From positions 15,173 to 47,172 of the forward strand of contig NZ_ALVZ01000225.1 of NCBI RefSeq assembly GCF_000332055.1: a stretch of 32,000 bases of DNA, read 5' to 3'. The translations under genes were made by a program, and so were the position numbers. This DNA is from Xenococcus sp. PCC 7305 (GTDB lineage: Bacteria; Cyanobacteriota; Cyanobacteriia; Cyanobacteriales; Xenococcaceae). This document shows, piece by piece, positions 7,977-16,079 of the stretch; position 1 is the first letter of the stretch; each line of letters begins with the position of its first letter. Under the pieces are notes generated by a model. The model was not told the DNA's origin. It did no database searches and was given only the letters and a program-made list of their open reading frames with translations.

Positions 7977-8149
7977 ACCATGCCTATCAACGGATTGACA
8001 GATCGTGCAACGATCGCAAACAACATTATCGCGGGGGTCCCTACCCTCAACGCAGTAGGGTAAGGAACGGAGTGTTTAAGCGCCTGGCAAAGCACAGGCG
8101 GCAGCTCCTCGGGATAGCGCACTAATTCAAGGGCTCGATGCCCGCAGAA

Positions 8150-8359
8150 TCAGTTACTAGGGCTATCTTGTGCCTCGATGTATTTTCTAATTCTTTCGAT
8201 AGTTGCACCGCCACAGCTGGCAATGTAATATGAGCTTGACCAAAAGACTGGTTTAGAATAGACTTTTTCGACTTCAGGCTTGAACTCTTTCCTTATGATT
8301 CTGCTAGAAGCACTTTTGAGACTTGCTACTAATTGAGCAACATTATTGTCTGTAAAAAA
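8150..8359 (-). pseudogene. tnpA: IS200/IS605 Y1 transposase (tnpA) C-terminal remnant, no start codon and no HUH motif
   Basis: The minus-strand frame reads FFTDNNVAQLVASLKSASSRIIRKEFKPEVEKVYSKPVFWSSSYYIASCGGATIERIRKYIEAQDSPSN*. This matches the C-terminal half of TnpA (lKg.sSr.lrkEF...fWs.sYf..s.Gg...e.i.kYIe.Q). An in-frame stop precedes it and it runs straight into the tnpB ATG at 8362. Confidence 0.75.
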
Positions 8360-8361
8360 TT

Positions 8362-9648
8362 ATGTTAACACGACGCATCACATTCAGGCTGTATCCTTCA
8401 AATTCTCAAGAACAGAAACTGTTCTGGGCAAGAAGAATGCACGCTTATTTGTACAATGCAGCTGTGTGCAACAGAAAAACTCAGTACCAAAGATTAGGCC
8501 ATTCGGTTGATTATTTTGAACAGCAAGCTTCATTGCCAAAATTTAAAGAAGTTTGGACAGAGTATAAAGAGCTTAATGCAGGTTCACTGCAAGCTACTTT
8601 AAAGCGAGTAGATTTTGCTTTTGTTCGTTTCTTTCAAGGACTAGGTGGTTATCCAAAATATCGTTCAATTAGAAAGTATTCTGGCTGGACTTATCCTGAC
8701 GGCAGACAAGGTTTCAAAGCTCATACTGAAGGTAAGAATGGTTATTTAGAGTTAAGAGACTTAGGGTTTAAAGTCCAAATGCGAGGTCAAGCTCGAACTT
8801 GGGGAAAGCCCACTACCTGCACTATCGTTTATCGTTCAGGTAAATGGTATGCCTCTATCACGGTCAGATGTTTTCCTACTAGAAAACTTGGGAAAGGAGC
8901 AATTGGGCTTGATTTTGGCTGCAAAACTGCTATAGCCGATAGCAATGGGAAGCAAGTTAAGCCTCCTAAGTTTCTAGCTAATGCTCAAAATGAAATCAAT
9001 CAATTGTCAAAGCAGCTAAGGAGAAAGAGAAGGCCAGAGAAGAGAAAACATAAAGGGTCTCGCCGCTGGAAAAAAGTACAAAGCAAGATCTCCAAACTCA
9101 AGAAAAAGATTGCAAATCAGCGTCAAAATTGGGTTCATCATCAAGCAGTAGAGATAGTAAGCTGTAATAGCCTCATTGCCACAGAGAAGTTGAACATCAA
9201 AAACATGACGCGTAAAGCCAAAAAAGGCAGCAAAAGAAAGCGACAAAAAGCTGGGCTAAATCGTTCAATGCTGGATGTTGGGATAGGGATGCTTAAGAAA
9301 GCGATTGCCTATAAGGCCAAGGAAGCTGGAGCAATTTATCTAGAGGCTCCGACAAAAAGCTTAAAGCCAACTCAAAGATGTGCAATATGCTGGAAACTTA
9401 CTAAAAAAGACTTGTCTGATAGGCTACATGTTTGTTCCAATAAAGATTGTAATCATACTGAAGATAGAGACGTTAATGCTGCTCAAGTTTGTCTCGCTTG
9501 GGCGCGTGGGCAGGAACTGTCCTCGTTGAAGACTGCTGATGAGTCTAGCTCTACTAGAAGCTCCAAAGTTAAAAGCTGCGGAGGCTTTCAGCAACTAGCT
9601 CAGGTGAAGCGTCAGAAACTCATGGCTCAACGAAGTAGCCATGAGTAG
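8362..9648 (+). CDS. tnpB: TnpB (IS605 OrfB-type RNA-guided nuclease), 428 aa, catalytic residues present
   Basis: N-terminus RRITFRLYPSNSQEQKL. RuvC-I GLDFGCKTAIADSNG, RuvC-II LIATEKLNIKNM, zinc ribbon CAICWK...CSNKDC and RuvC-III DRDVNAAQ are all present. It has a long C-terminal tail. Confidence 0.85.
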   Translation: MLTRRITFRLYPSNSQEQKLFWARRMHAYLYNAAVCNRKTQYQRLGHSVDYFEQQASLPKFKEVWTEYKELNAGSLQATLKRVDFAFVRFFQGLGGYPKYRSIRKYSGWTYPDGRQGFKAHTEGKNGYLELRDLGFKVQMRGQARTWGKPTTCTIVYRSGKWYASITVRCFPTRKLGKGAIGLDFGCKTAIADSNGKQVKPPKFLANAQNEINQLSKQLRRKRRPEKRKHKGSRRWKKVQSKISKLKKKIANQRQNWVHHQAVEIVSCNSLIATEKLNIKNMTRKAKKGSKRKRQKAGLNRSMLDVGIGMLKKAIAYKAKEAGAIYLEAPTKSLKPTQRCAICWKLTKKDLSDRLHVCSNKDCNHTEDRDVNAAQVCLAWARGQELSSLKTADESSSTRSSKVKSCGGFQQLAQVKRQKLMAQRSSHE

Positions 9649-9670
9649 TTCATAGGGACCGAAAAAGAAG

Positions 9671-9919
9671 CTAGAGGAGATCGCCAAATATCTGGCAAAG
9701 ACCGAGAAAGTTAAGTTCATCAAGCTTTTTCCACCCAGTCAAGAGAGAAGAGGTTTTGCTATAGCTGATTCTTTCTTGTCTTTCGTACCAAGCTTCGGTT
9801 CTAGCAGCCAAAGCTTTGTTATAGACCAAACGCACACATCCCATTGTTCGGCGCAAGAGATTTTCTTGTTCGAGCGTGGGGTAAAAACGAAATTTGTAGG
9901 CACGTTCAGTCATGCTCAC
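9671..9919 (-). pseudogene. tnpB: N-terminal fragment of a different tnpB (about 70 native residues)
   Basis: MTERAYKFRFYPTLEQENLLRRTMGCVRLVYNKALAARTEAWYERQERISYSKTSSLLTGWKKLDELNFL is a typical TnpB N-terminus. The reading frame then ends within 10 codons where the neighbouring element begins. Confidence 0.75.
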
Positions 9920-9970
9920 ATTATGCCAAATTAAATGTAAAGTCAGCCACTTAGGAATGCGCGAAGAAAG

Positions 9971-10546
9971 ATGAATAAACCAATAACAAGACTTGCGGCT
10001 TCTTCACCCCAGGCAAACCAATTAACAAAGCACAATACAACTGAAGGCGCGATCGCGAAAGTAATCTTAAAAAAGGACTTAAGGGCTCTCACTGAGATCG
10101 AACGAGTTCAATACAATTTTGCTTTGTGCCGAACAATTGGACTAAACCCTTTGACGAATCCGATTGACTACCTTGACAGCAATGGGAAATTAGTTCCTTA
10201 TGTCAACGCAACTGGCGTTGCTCAGCTCAGAGCGATCCATGGCATTAGTACTAAGATAACTAATCGGCTAACCGATAAAGAAAACTTCCATCACGTGACG
10301 GCTGTGGCGACTGATCCTCAAGGAAGAAGCGAAGAAAGCGTCGCTATCCTGGCTCTGGTCGATAAGTACGGAAAACCTTTGAAGGGGCAAAAGAAAGCGG
10401 ATCAGATGATGAAATGCTGCACCAAGGCGAAAAGAAGAGCTACCTTGGCATTGATGGGTATTCCTTGGACTGATGGAGAAAGCATTAATAGATCTCGTAG
10501 CTTTGATCCTCCCAGTGATATTCTTCCCATTGAAGATGATTTTTAA
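9971..10546 (+). CDS. possible single-strand annealing protein (RecT/Red-beta-like), 191 aa
   Basis: The pattern LCRTIGLNPLTNPIDYL..NGKLVPYVNATGVAQLR...CCTKAKRRATLALMG resembles phage annealing proteins (..tKA.RRA.l...G). This is recollection only and no search was run. Confidence 0.35.
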   Translation: MNKPITRLAASSPQANQLTKHNTTEGAIAKVILKKDLRALTEIERVQYNFALCRTIGLNPLTNPIDYLDSNGKLVPYVNATGVAQLRAIHGISTKITNRLTDKENFHHVTAVATDPQGRSEESVAILALVDKYGKPLKGQKKADQMMKCCTKAKRRATLALMGIPWTDGESINRSRSFDPPSDILPIEDDF

Positions 10547-10624
10547 CCGTCTTGAGACAAAGTGACGAGGAGCAAGAAAGCAACTAGCCTAGGAAAGGTA
10601 AAAAGCCAAAAGCCATAAGACATA

Positions 10625-10861
10625 ATGGATAGAGACAAAGCTATGAAAATTATTCGCTTAAGCGAAAACCTGCGACATAAACTTCTTTTGATCCAGCAAG
10701 CCCTTGCTTTTAAGGAGTTAGAAGACGCTAAATTTGAGAACGATTACGATCTTGTTTTGGAAGAAGCAATCAAGACCAACGAAGAAATTAAGGAAACTTT
10801 TCTTGCTTTAACTTCTCCTGTTAACAGAAAAGTTATCACAATCAAAAAGCGCAGAAACTAA
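10625..10861 (+). CDS. small protein, member of a 3-copy in-window family
   Basis: It shares the core RHKLLLIQQAL...FENDYDLVLEEAI with ORFs 11490-11702 and 31527-31721. Confidence 0.5.
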   Translation: MDRDKAMKIIRLSENLRHKLLLIQQALAFKELEDAKFENDYDLVLEEAIKTNEEIKETFLALTSPVNRKVITIKKRRN

Positions 10862-10890
10862 ACTAAAGCAAAAGCATCAATACCGCCATT

Positions 10891-11349
10891 TTAAGATTTT
10901 TTGCTACCAATTAATTCTCCAGAAGATTTAGACAATTTGTTTAATGCGATCGCCCCTAGCTTGGAAATTGAATCCGATGACAAATATTTATCAATTAAAA
11001 TCCCTACCAAGTCCAAGAGCTCCGACTCGCTAAGGGAGTTCATTTCGCTGAGAATTGCTTCAATCGATTTAACGCTACTGCTTTTGGCTGGGGCTTCTTC
11101 TTCTCCCGTATTCAAATAATGTAATAAATTCTCTACAGATTGCCCCGAATAAAGAGCAATTACCTGCAAGTTTTGGGTCTGTGGGAAATTAACCATGTTA
11201 ATCCAAGAATGAAGACTATTAAAGGAAACTCCAAGGTCTTGAGCAAAAGCTCTGTATGTTTTGTCCCCTTTGAGGCGCTCAAGAAAATTAGCAAGCCGCT
11301 TTCTTGCTTCTGGTGTATCAGTAAACATATTTTTTCTCGCTCTAAACAT
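10891..11349 (-). CDS. cI-like HTH repressor (152 aa)
   Basis: YRAFAQDLGVSFNSLHSWINMVNFPQTQNLQVIALYSGQSVENLL is an XRE-type HTH. The C-terminal extension and the divergent position relative to the early-gene block are typical of phage repressors. Confidence 0.65.
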   Translation of the reverse strand: MFRARKNMFTDTPEARKRLANFLERLKGDKTYRAFAQDLGVSFNSLHSWINMVNFPQTQNLQVIALYSGQSVENLLHYLNTGEEEAPAKSSSVKSIEAILSEMNSLSESELLDLVGILIDKYLSSDSISKLGAIALNKLSKSSGELIGSKKS

Positions 11350-11393
11350 TAATCCACAAATAACATATTTTGTTTTGTCTTGTTCTGTGATAC

Positions 11394-11415
11394 TTTGTTT
11401 ATTAGACTAAACAAA
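11394..11415. promoter_or_regulatory. operator-like palindrome TTTGTTTA-N6-TAAACAAA
   Basis: Perfect 8-bp inverted repeat (11394-11401 and 11408-11415) in the divergent region between the repressor gene and 11490. Further TTGTTTTG / CAAAACAA half-sites lie at about 11369 and 11430. Confidence 0.45.
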
Positions 11416-11489
11416 CAAAAACTTTATGCAAAACAACAAAGCCTTTATTAAGACTACATACATATTACATTCTACCTTGGAGTAATACT

Positions 11490-11702
11490 ATGTCAAGCAG
11501 TAATCACTCAGTTCCTCGCCTTGTGCAGAAGTCAATGAGTAAGCTTTTACTTATTAGTAAGTCTCTGGAAAACGATTCTATGAATATCGAAGGATTTGAG
11601 GATCATTATGGCTTTGAGCTTCAAGAGATTATAGAGATTCAGCAGGCTATTCTTCGGACTCATCTAGACACAGTGGTTCCTGTTAAGGGAGGTTTAGATT
11701 GA
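11490..11702 (+). CDS. small protein of the IEGFEDHYG family, in a Cro-like position
   Basis: GGAG lies upstream of the ATG. It carries the motif KLLLISKSLENDSMNIEGFEDHYGFELQEIIEI. It is the first gene divergent from the cI-like repressor. Confidence 0.55.
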   Translation: MSSSNHSVPRLVQKSMSKLLLISKSLENDSMNIEGFEDHYGFELQEIIEIQQAILRTHLDTVVPVKGGLD

Positions 11703-12046
11703 ACGAGGAAGTAATAACCGCGATCGCAAAGCAAGCTTTTTGGCAAATCTTAAATACGCCGGAGGGAGAAGCAAAACTGATTCGTGCGATCGTGAAATCT
11801 CTTGGGCTTGAAAAGAAAACGGAGCAAAAGACTGAATGGGTCGACAAGGATGAAGCGGCAAGATTGCTAGGGTTCAATTCCTATCGTAGGCTTAATTATT
11901 TAATAGAAAAAGGGGCGTTTACTCATGGCATCCATTATCGCGACGTTAGAGCCCCAGGAGCGGCTAAGGCTTACTATCAATATCATGTGGAAAATATCGA
12001 GAAACTGTTCAACAAGCCGCCAGAAAAACGAAAGCAAGCTCGTTAG
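11699..12046 (+). CDS. excisionase/MerR-like HTH DNA-binding protein (115 aa)
   Basis: The TTG start follows GGAGG and overlaps the previous stop. EWVDKDEAARLLGFNSYRRLNYLIEKGAFTHGIHYRD resembles Xis-type (HTH_17) proteins. Confidence 0.45.
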   Translation: MNEEVITAIAKQAFWQILNTPEGEAKLIRAIVKSLGLEKKTEQKTEWVDKDEAARLLGFNSYRRLNYLIEKGAFTHGIHYRDVRAPGAAKAYYQYHVENIEKLFNKPPEKRKQAR

Positions 12047-12315
12047 GTGTTGCGATCGCCGAACAAATATTTTGACTTACAGAACAGAATCATTTAACTC
12101 CCTGAGCGGGAAGTCCCCCACTTAAGTAGCGGGAGGATGTCACAATCAAAAAGAGCTCGCAAACGACAACCTGCGAACCCTTTTCCTAACCAATAGCAAT
12201 TTTAAACTTAGGGCTATTATAGCATATTTTACGATTAAATCGCTATCAAGGTTTTTCAAGGATAGGGGGAGAGAGCAACGTCTTTGCAAGCTGTACACCT
12301 TTACCTTAAAAAACA

Positions 12316-13521
12316 ATGCAGAATTCTCAATTACGCGACGACTATATTTTTAAAAACGGCTGCGCGCCTTCTTTGCTGCCAAAGCAGCTTCCGCGACACC
12401 TTGACCTTAGCTTAGACAGCGTTTCGTCAACAGCTATGATGGCTTTTGGTAAAATTGTTTCAGGATCAAGCTTTCTTTGCTACCCTGCGATAAACCTCTT
12501 AAAAAGATTTCAGGGCTTGATCTACAAATCAGGCATGGGAATCAGGGCAAAGGGTCGCTGGTATGTTTTTGGCAGCTTTGAGTGGTTACAGCAAAACTTT
12601 TTTCCTCACCTAAAAAGAGGCACTTTCTTTAAACTCATAAAGATCCTCAAGAGACTTAATTTGCTTATTATAGAAAAGCTTCATCCAGACAAACGCGATC
12701 GCACAAATTACTACTCAATTAACTTGGAAGGGCTTGAGGAGTTTTTTAGTACAGTCGATTCTATCAAGCCTGATCCAGAGTTTGCTATAGAGACGATGGA
12801 AAATAAAAAAACGCATCACGTGCAAAGTTCATCAGGACGGACGATGTATAGGAACAATAATATGCATAACAATAATATACATCTCTCTAGATCTAGCGAA
12901 GAGGAAAACCAGGCAACAGAAGCTATCAAAGAAGAAGAGCAGAGAGATCGAGAAAATTTGGAAAAACAAGTAAAGCAAAAGCTAGACCAAGAGCAAGAGC
13001 CACCAAAAGAAGAGCAAGCGAAAGGTACTCTTCTTGGTTTAAAAGGCGTGATTAACAAGCTCACGAGGAACATAAAGGTAATCCCAGAGCAAGATTTTTC
13101 CGTGGCGGCGATCGCCGAACCAAAAAAAGTCGAAATCAAGACTACGCCAAAGCCGGTCAAGAAAGAGCAAATTATCCAGTCCGCAGGAGTTGACTCTCAA
13201 GTATCAACAAAGCTTGAGCAAATGGGGATTCCTTTAGACCAAAGACTTATTGAAGCTTTAAAGAAATATCATCTTTCTCAAGCTCTCTCAGCCCTGAACG
13301 AGATCGAGAAAAGGAGCTCTTCGGTAGGAGATAAAGCCGCTTACTTGATTAAGATTTTGCCTCTTCAGCCAGTGGAAAGACTGGGGATGATTTCTCCCGA
13401 GATTGGGCCCAAGATGCGTGAGGACTATGGCCGAATAGAAGAGGAAATGCGATCGCAAGAGTACAAGGCCGCTTGGGCTGCTCTTAAGGCTAAGTTACCT
13501 GGGAGGTTCAATCGTGGATAG
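12316..13521 (+). CDS. hypothetical protein, possible replication organiser (401 aa)
   Basis: Winged-helix-like segment FFKLIKILKRLNLLIIEKLHPDKRDRTNYYSINLEGL, then a charged low-complexity linker and a C-terminal domain. Its position after the immunity region supports the guess. The function is only a guess. Confidence 0.3.
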   Translation: MQNSQLRDDYIFKNGCAPSLLPKQLPRHLDLSLDSVSSTAMMAFGKIVSGSSFLCYPAINLLKRFQGLIYKSGMGIRAKGRWYVFGSFEWLQQNFFPHLKRGTFFKLIKILKRLNLLIIEKLHPDKRDRTNYYSINLEGLEEFFSTVDSIKPDPEFAIETMENKKTHHVQSSSGRTMYRNNNMHNNNIHLSRSSEEENQATEAIKEEEQRDRENLEKQVKQKLDQEQEPPKEEQAKGTLLGLKGVINKLTRNIKVIPEQDFSVAAIAEPKKVEIKTTPKPVKKEQIIQSAGVDSQVSTKLEQMGIPLDQRLIEALKKYHLSQALSALNEIEKRSSSVGDKAAYLIKILPLQPVERLGMISPEIGPKMREDYGRIEEEMRSQEYKAAWAALKAKLPGRFNRG

Positions 13522-14008
13522 ACTTACGGGCAACCCCCATTGGAAAGATCAGCTATCTCGAATTGATTTGATTGGGGTTCGCGAATCTCAGGGTTTATTT
13601 AATATTATTAGGAATCACGAAGCGATTGATATAAGTTGCGCGATCGCATTTCTAGCAGCTCTTAAAAGGCATAAAAACATTGACAATCCTGAGCTTTATT
13701 TTCGCCATGTTTTGGCCGAGAGATTGGCTAGAGAAAATGCGATCGCGATCCTGAAAGACAGGACTCTTGTTGAAGAAAGAAAAGCTTTGTTTGATTTTTG
13801 GCTTAGCTGTACGACCAAGCTTGGCAACTGGAATTCCTATGTCGATATTGACGGATCTCGCTGGGTTGGCATTGACAATGGTAAGCCGACAGATAAGTTT
13901 TCTGATGCCTGGAATCGCGGTTGGACGATTGAATACATGGCAGACAAGATCCATCTTTTAGAGATTTTTAACTTGGAATTAACGGGCGATTTTACCAAGA
14001 TAAATTAA
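13514..14008 (+). CDS. hypothetical protein (164 aa)
   Basis: The GTG start overlaps the previous stop by 8 nt. No motif recognised. Confidence 0.45.
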   Translation: MDRLTGNPHWKDQLSRIDLIGVRESQGLFNIIRNHEAIDISCAIAFLAALKRHKNIDNPELYFRHVLAERLARENAIAILKDRTLVEERKALFDFWLSCTTKLGNWNSYVDIDGSRWVGIDNGKPTDKFSDAWNRGWTIEYMADKIHLLEIFNLELTGDFTKIN

Positions 14009-14136
14009 AGCAAAAAATTAACATAAAATTTACTAAATTGTTGCAATTTTACTGGACTTATTCTTTTGTTTATGCTGTCTTTTATTGTTTTCCTATCCAT
14101 GTTTTAATGTTTAGAAAGCTAAACAAATAGTATGTT

Positions 14137-14418
14137 ATGAAAAACAAAAGAAATCAAAATCCTCACCTAGGGAGAAGCAAGGCAGCTATTGCTGCTGCCC
14201 CTAGAATTAGCTTGGCAAAAAAGCAAAGGATATACGATCGCAGTACAGGAATGGCCATTAAATTCTTGTCTGATACTCAAGGCATTCCCCGCGATCGCCT
14301 GTTTGGAAATGCTGAAATGAGGTTAGATTTTGTCTTGGTTTCTATCTGTGATCGCTTAACCAAGAAAAAATTTCGACTTGCGATCGACTTTGCGACTGAG
14401 ACAGTAAAGGTGGTCTAG
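14137..14418 (+). CDS. hypothetical protein (93 aa), first gene of the 14.1-20.3 kb operon
   Basis: Preceded by an A/T-rich 128-nt gap. Its stop abuts the next ATG. Confidence 0.45.
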   Translation: MKNKRNQNPHLGRSKAAIAAAPRISLAKKQRIYDRSTGMAIKFLSDTQGIPRDRLFGNAEMRLDFVLVSICDRLTKKKFRLAIDFATETVKVV

Positions 14419-15642
14419 ATGCCTAAAATTGAAAAGTTAACTAAAGAACAAGAAGCAAAGCTTCCTGAGTATCGAGATAAGTGGCTTGCGATCGGTCTGT
14501 CCACTAATCCAGGGGACGAGAAGATTGCAGAAGAGGCGATTAAAGAAAGCTATCGTCAAGTTAATTTGAACTTCCCCAAGAAGATTATTTGGTGCGATTC
14601 CCCTTTGAGTCTTGTTTTGGTTGACTCTATTTTCAAAAGGGATTCAGTCGGGGATTCAGTCGGGGATTCAGTCGGGGATTCAGTCGGGGATTCAGTCAGG
14701 GATTCAGTCAGGAATTCAGTCTGGGATTCAGTCGGGGATTCAGTCTGGGATTCAGTCTGGGATTCAGTCGGGGATTCAGTCTGGGATTTAGTCAGGGATT
14801 CAGTCAGGGATTCAGCCAGGGCTTCAGTCAGGGCTTCAGTCAGGGATTCAGTCTGGGCTTCAGTCGGGGCTTCAGTCTGGGCTTCAGTCGGGGATTCAGT
14901 CGGGGCTTCAGTCGGGGATTCAGTCTGGGATTCAGTCAGGGATTCAGTCAGGAATTCAGTCTGGGATTCAGTCTGGGATTCAGTCGGGGATTCTTGTTTT
15001 GGGTCGCATGATGCCCACTGGCTGGGATTTTATGATTTTTTTGCGACGGAGCTGCAAATTCAGGAAGCTCATCGCTTAGAGCCATTAAATCTAATTGCTC
15101 AGCATTGCGGTTGGTGGATTCCTAGGGAAAAAGTTTGCCTTGTTTCTAAAAAACCTATCATTTGCACTGTCAACGATCGGGGAGAGTTGCACAACGAAAC
15201 AACAGCAGCTATTGCCTATAGAGACGGGTTTTCTGTTTATGCAATCAACGGAGTTGTGGTTCCTGAAAAAGTAGTAGTTGAGCCAAAAACGCAAACTATT
15301 CAAGAGATCCAAGAAGAATCTAATGTTGAGGTCAAGAGGATTAGGATCGAAAAGTATGGTCACGAAAAATATCTTTACGAGGCTAGGGCTCGACTTCTCG
15401 ACAGCACTACGATCCGTCCTGAGCAGGGAACTCCTTGGATGGAAAGCTTGTATAAAATCGATGAGAGTCTTTCTGTGTTAGTAACCTGCGACCCTTCGAC
15501 AGGAAGAGTTTATTTTTTGGATGTTCCCGCTAGCTGCCAATCTTGTCTTGAGGCTCAACACTATTTGCAGGCTCCCGAGTTGATTCTACAAGGAACGGGT
15601 TTTGATTTCCCTATTACCACTTATCCAAAACTGAGGACTTAA
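14419..15642 (+). CDS. repeat protein: 29 x (D/A/N)S(V/A)(G/R/W) tetrapeptide tract plus conserved C-terminal domain (DUF6745-like from memory)
   Basis: Continuous ORF through the 348-nt repeat. The C-terminal segment WWIPREKVCLVSKKPIICTVNDRGELHNETTAAIAYRDGFSVYAINGVVVPEKVV...ESNVEVKRIRIEKYG resembles a family I recall as DUF6745. Confidence 0.6.
   Translation: MPKIEKLTKEQEAKLPEYRDKWLAIGLSTNPGDEKIAEEAIKESYRQVNLNFPKKIIWCDSPLSLVLVDSIFKRDSVGDSVGDSVGDSVGDSVRDSVRNSVWDSVGDSVWDSVWDSVGDSVWDLVRDSVRDSARASVRASVRDSVWASVGASVWASVGDSVGASVGDSVWDSVRDSVRNSVWDSVWDSVGDSCFGSHDAHWLGFYDFFATELQIQEAHRLEPLNLIAQHCGWWIPREKVCLVSKKPIICTVNDRGELHNETTAAIAYRDGFSVYAINGVVVPEKVVVEPKTQTIQEIQEESNVEVKRIRIEKYGHEKYLYEARARLLDSTTIRPEQGTPWMESLYKIDESLSVLVTCDPSTGRVYFLDVPASCQSCLEAQHYLQAPELILQGTGFDFPITTYPKLRT
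14641..14988 (+). repeat. 29 tandem copies of a 12-nt unit (consensus GATTCAGTCNGG), in frame
   Basis: Counted directly. Unit position 10 is G in 11 copies, A in 9 and T in 9. Position 2 is A or C and position 1 is G or A. There are only two other substitutions in 348 nt. Confidence 0.95.
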
Positions 15643-15643
15643 A

Positions 15644-16045
15644 ATGAATACAACAATCAAAGAAGTAAAAGAATTTGGGATTATAAACGCTAATGATTCT
15701 TTGCAGGTGGTTCCTGAGCTTGTCTTGGGTGACTCAATCCCTCAAGGAGACCTCAATTTTACATTACTCCCTGGCGTCCCAACATGCGCGATCGCAGTTG
15801 AGAATCCCGAACTACAACTAGCCCCAGGGACAACCAAGGGTAGTCGCCATCGCTTAGATTCTCTTGAGAACGTAAATGTTTACAGGTTACCTAAGCCTAA
15901 TCCATTGCAGGGAGTGATTTTAGAGTTTACAGGAGAAACAATTGTTACCCATCCTGAGCATGGCGATCAGCTATGGAGCAAAGGAGTTGTAATTGTCTCG
16001 TATCAGCGTCAATTAGCTGATGAGATAAGGGCGATCGCAGATTAA
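15644..16045 (+). CDS. hypothetical protein (133 aa)
   Basis: The ATG lies 1 nt after the previous stop. No motif recognised. Confidence 0.5.
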   Translation: MNTTIKEVKEFGIINANDSLQVVPELVLGDSIPQGDLNFTLLPGVPTCAIAVENPELQLAPGTTKGSRHRLDSLENVNVYRLPKPNPLQGVILEFTGETIVTHPEHGDQLWSKGVVIVSYQRQLADEIRAIAD

Positions 16046-16079
16046 GTAAAAATTGCGGCATCACTTTAGCGGAGGGAAT

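Larger units (their letters stand above)
7977..9670 (+). mobile_element. decayed IS605-like element (tnpA remnant and intact tnpB); boundaries uncertain
   Basis: Divergent tnpA remnant and tnpB arrangement as in IS605. The left limit is guessed from the repeat/TTTAAA junction. The right limit lies somewhere between 9649 and about 9700, where a foreign tnpB fragment begins. Confidence 0.4.

Noticed and set aside
12047-12315. The 270-nt intergenic region upstream of the replication-like gene as an iteron origin
   Set aside because: There are only two copies of AGCGGGA(A/G)G (12105-12113 and 12128-12136) and a few 5-bp stems. There is no clear iteron array, no DnaA-box cluster and no AT-rich unwinding element that I can defend.
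14641-14988. The 12-nt tandem repeat as a CRISPR array or a diversity-generating-retroelement target
   Set aside because: The units are contiguous with no spacers and lie in frame inside a long ORF. No reverse transcriptase or template repeat is visible in the window. The variable positions are not restricted to adenines.
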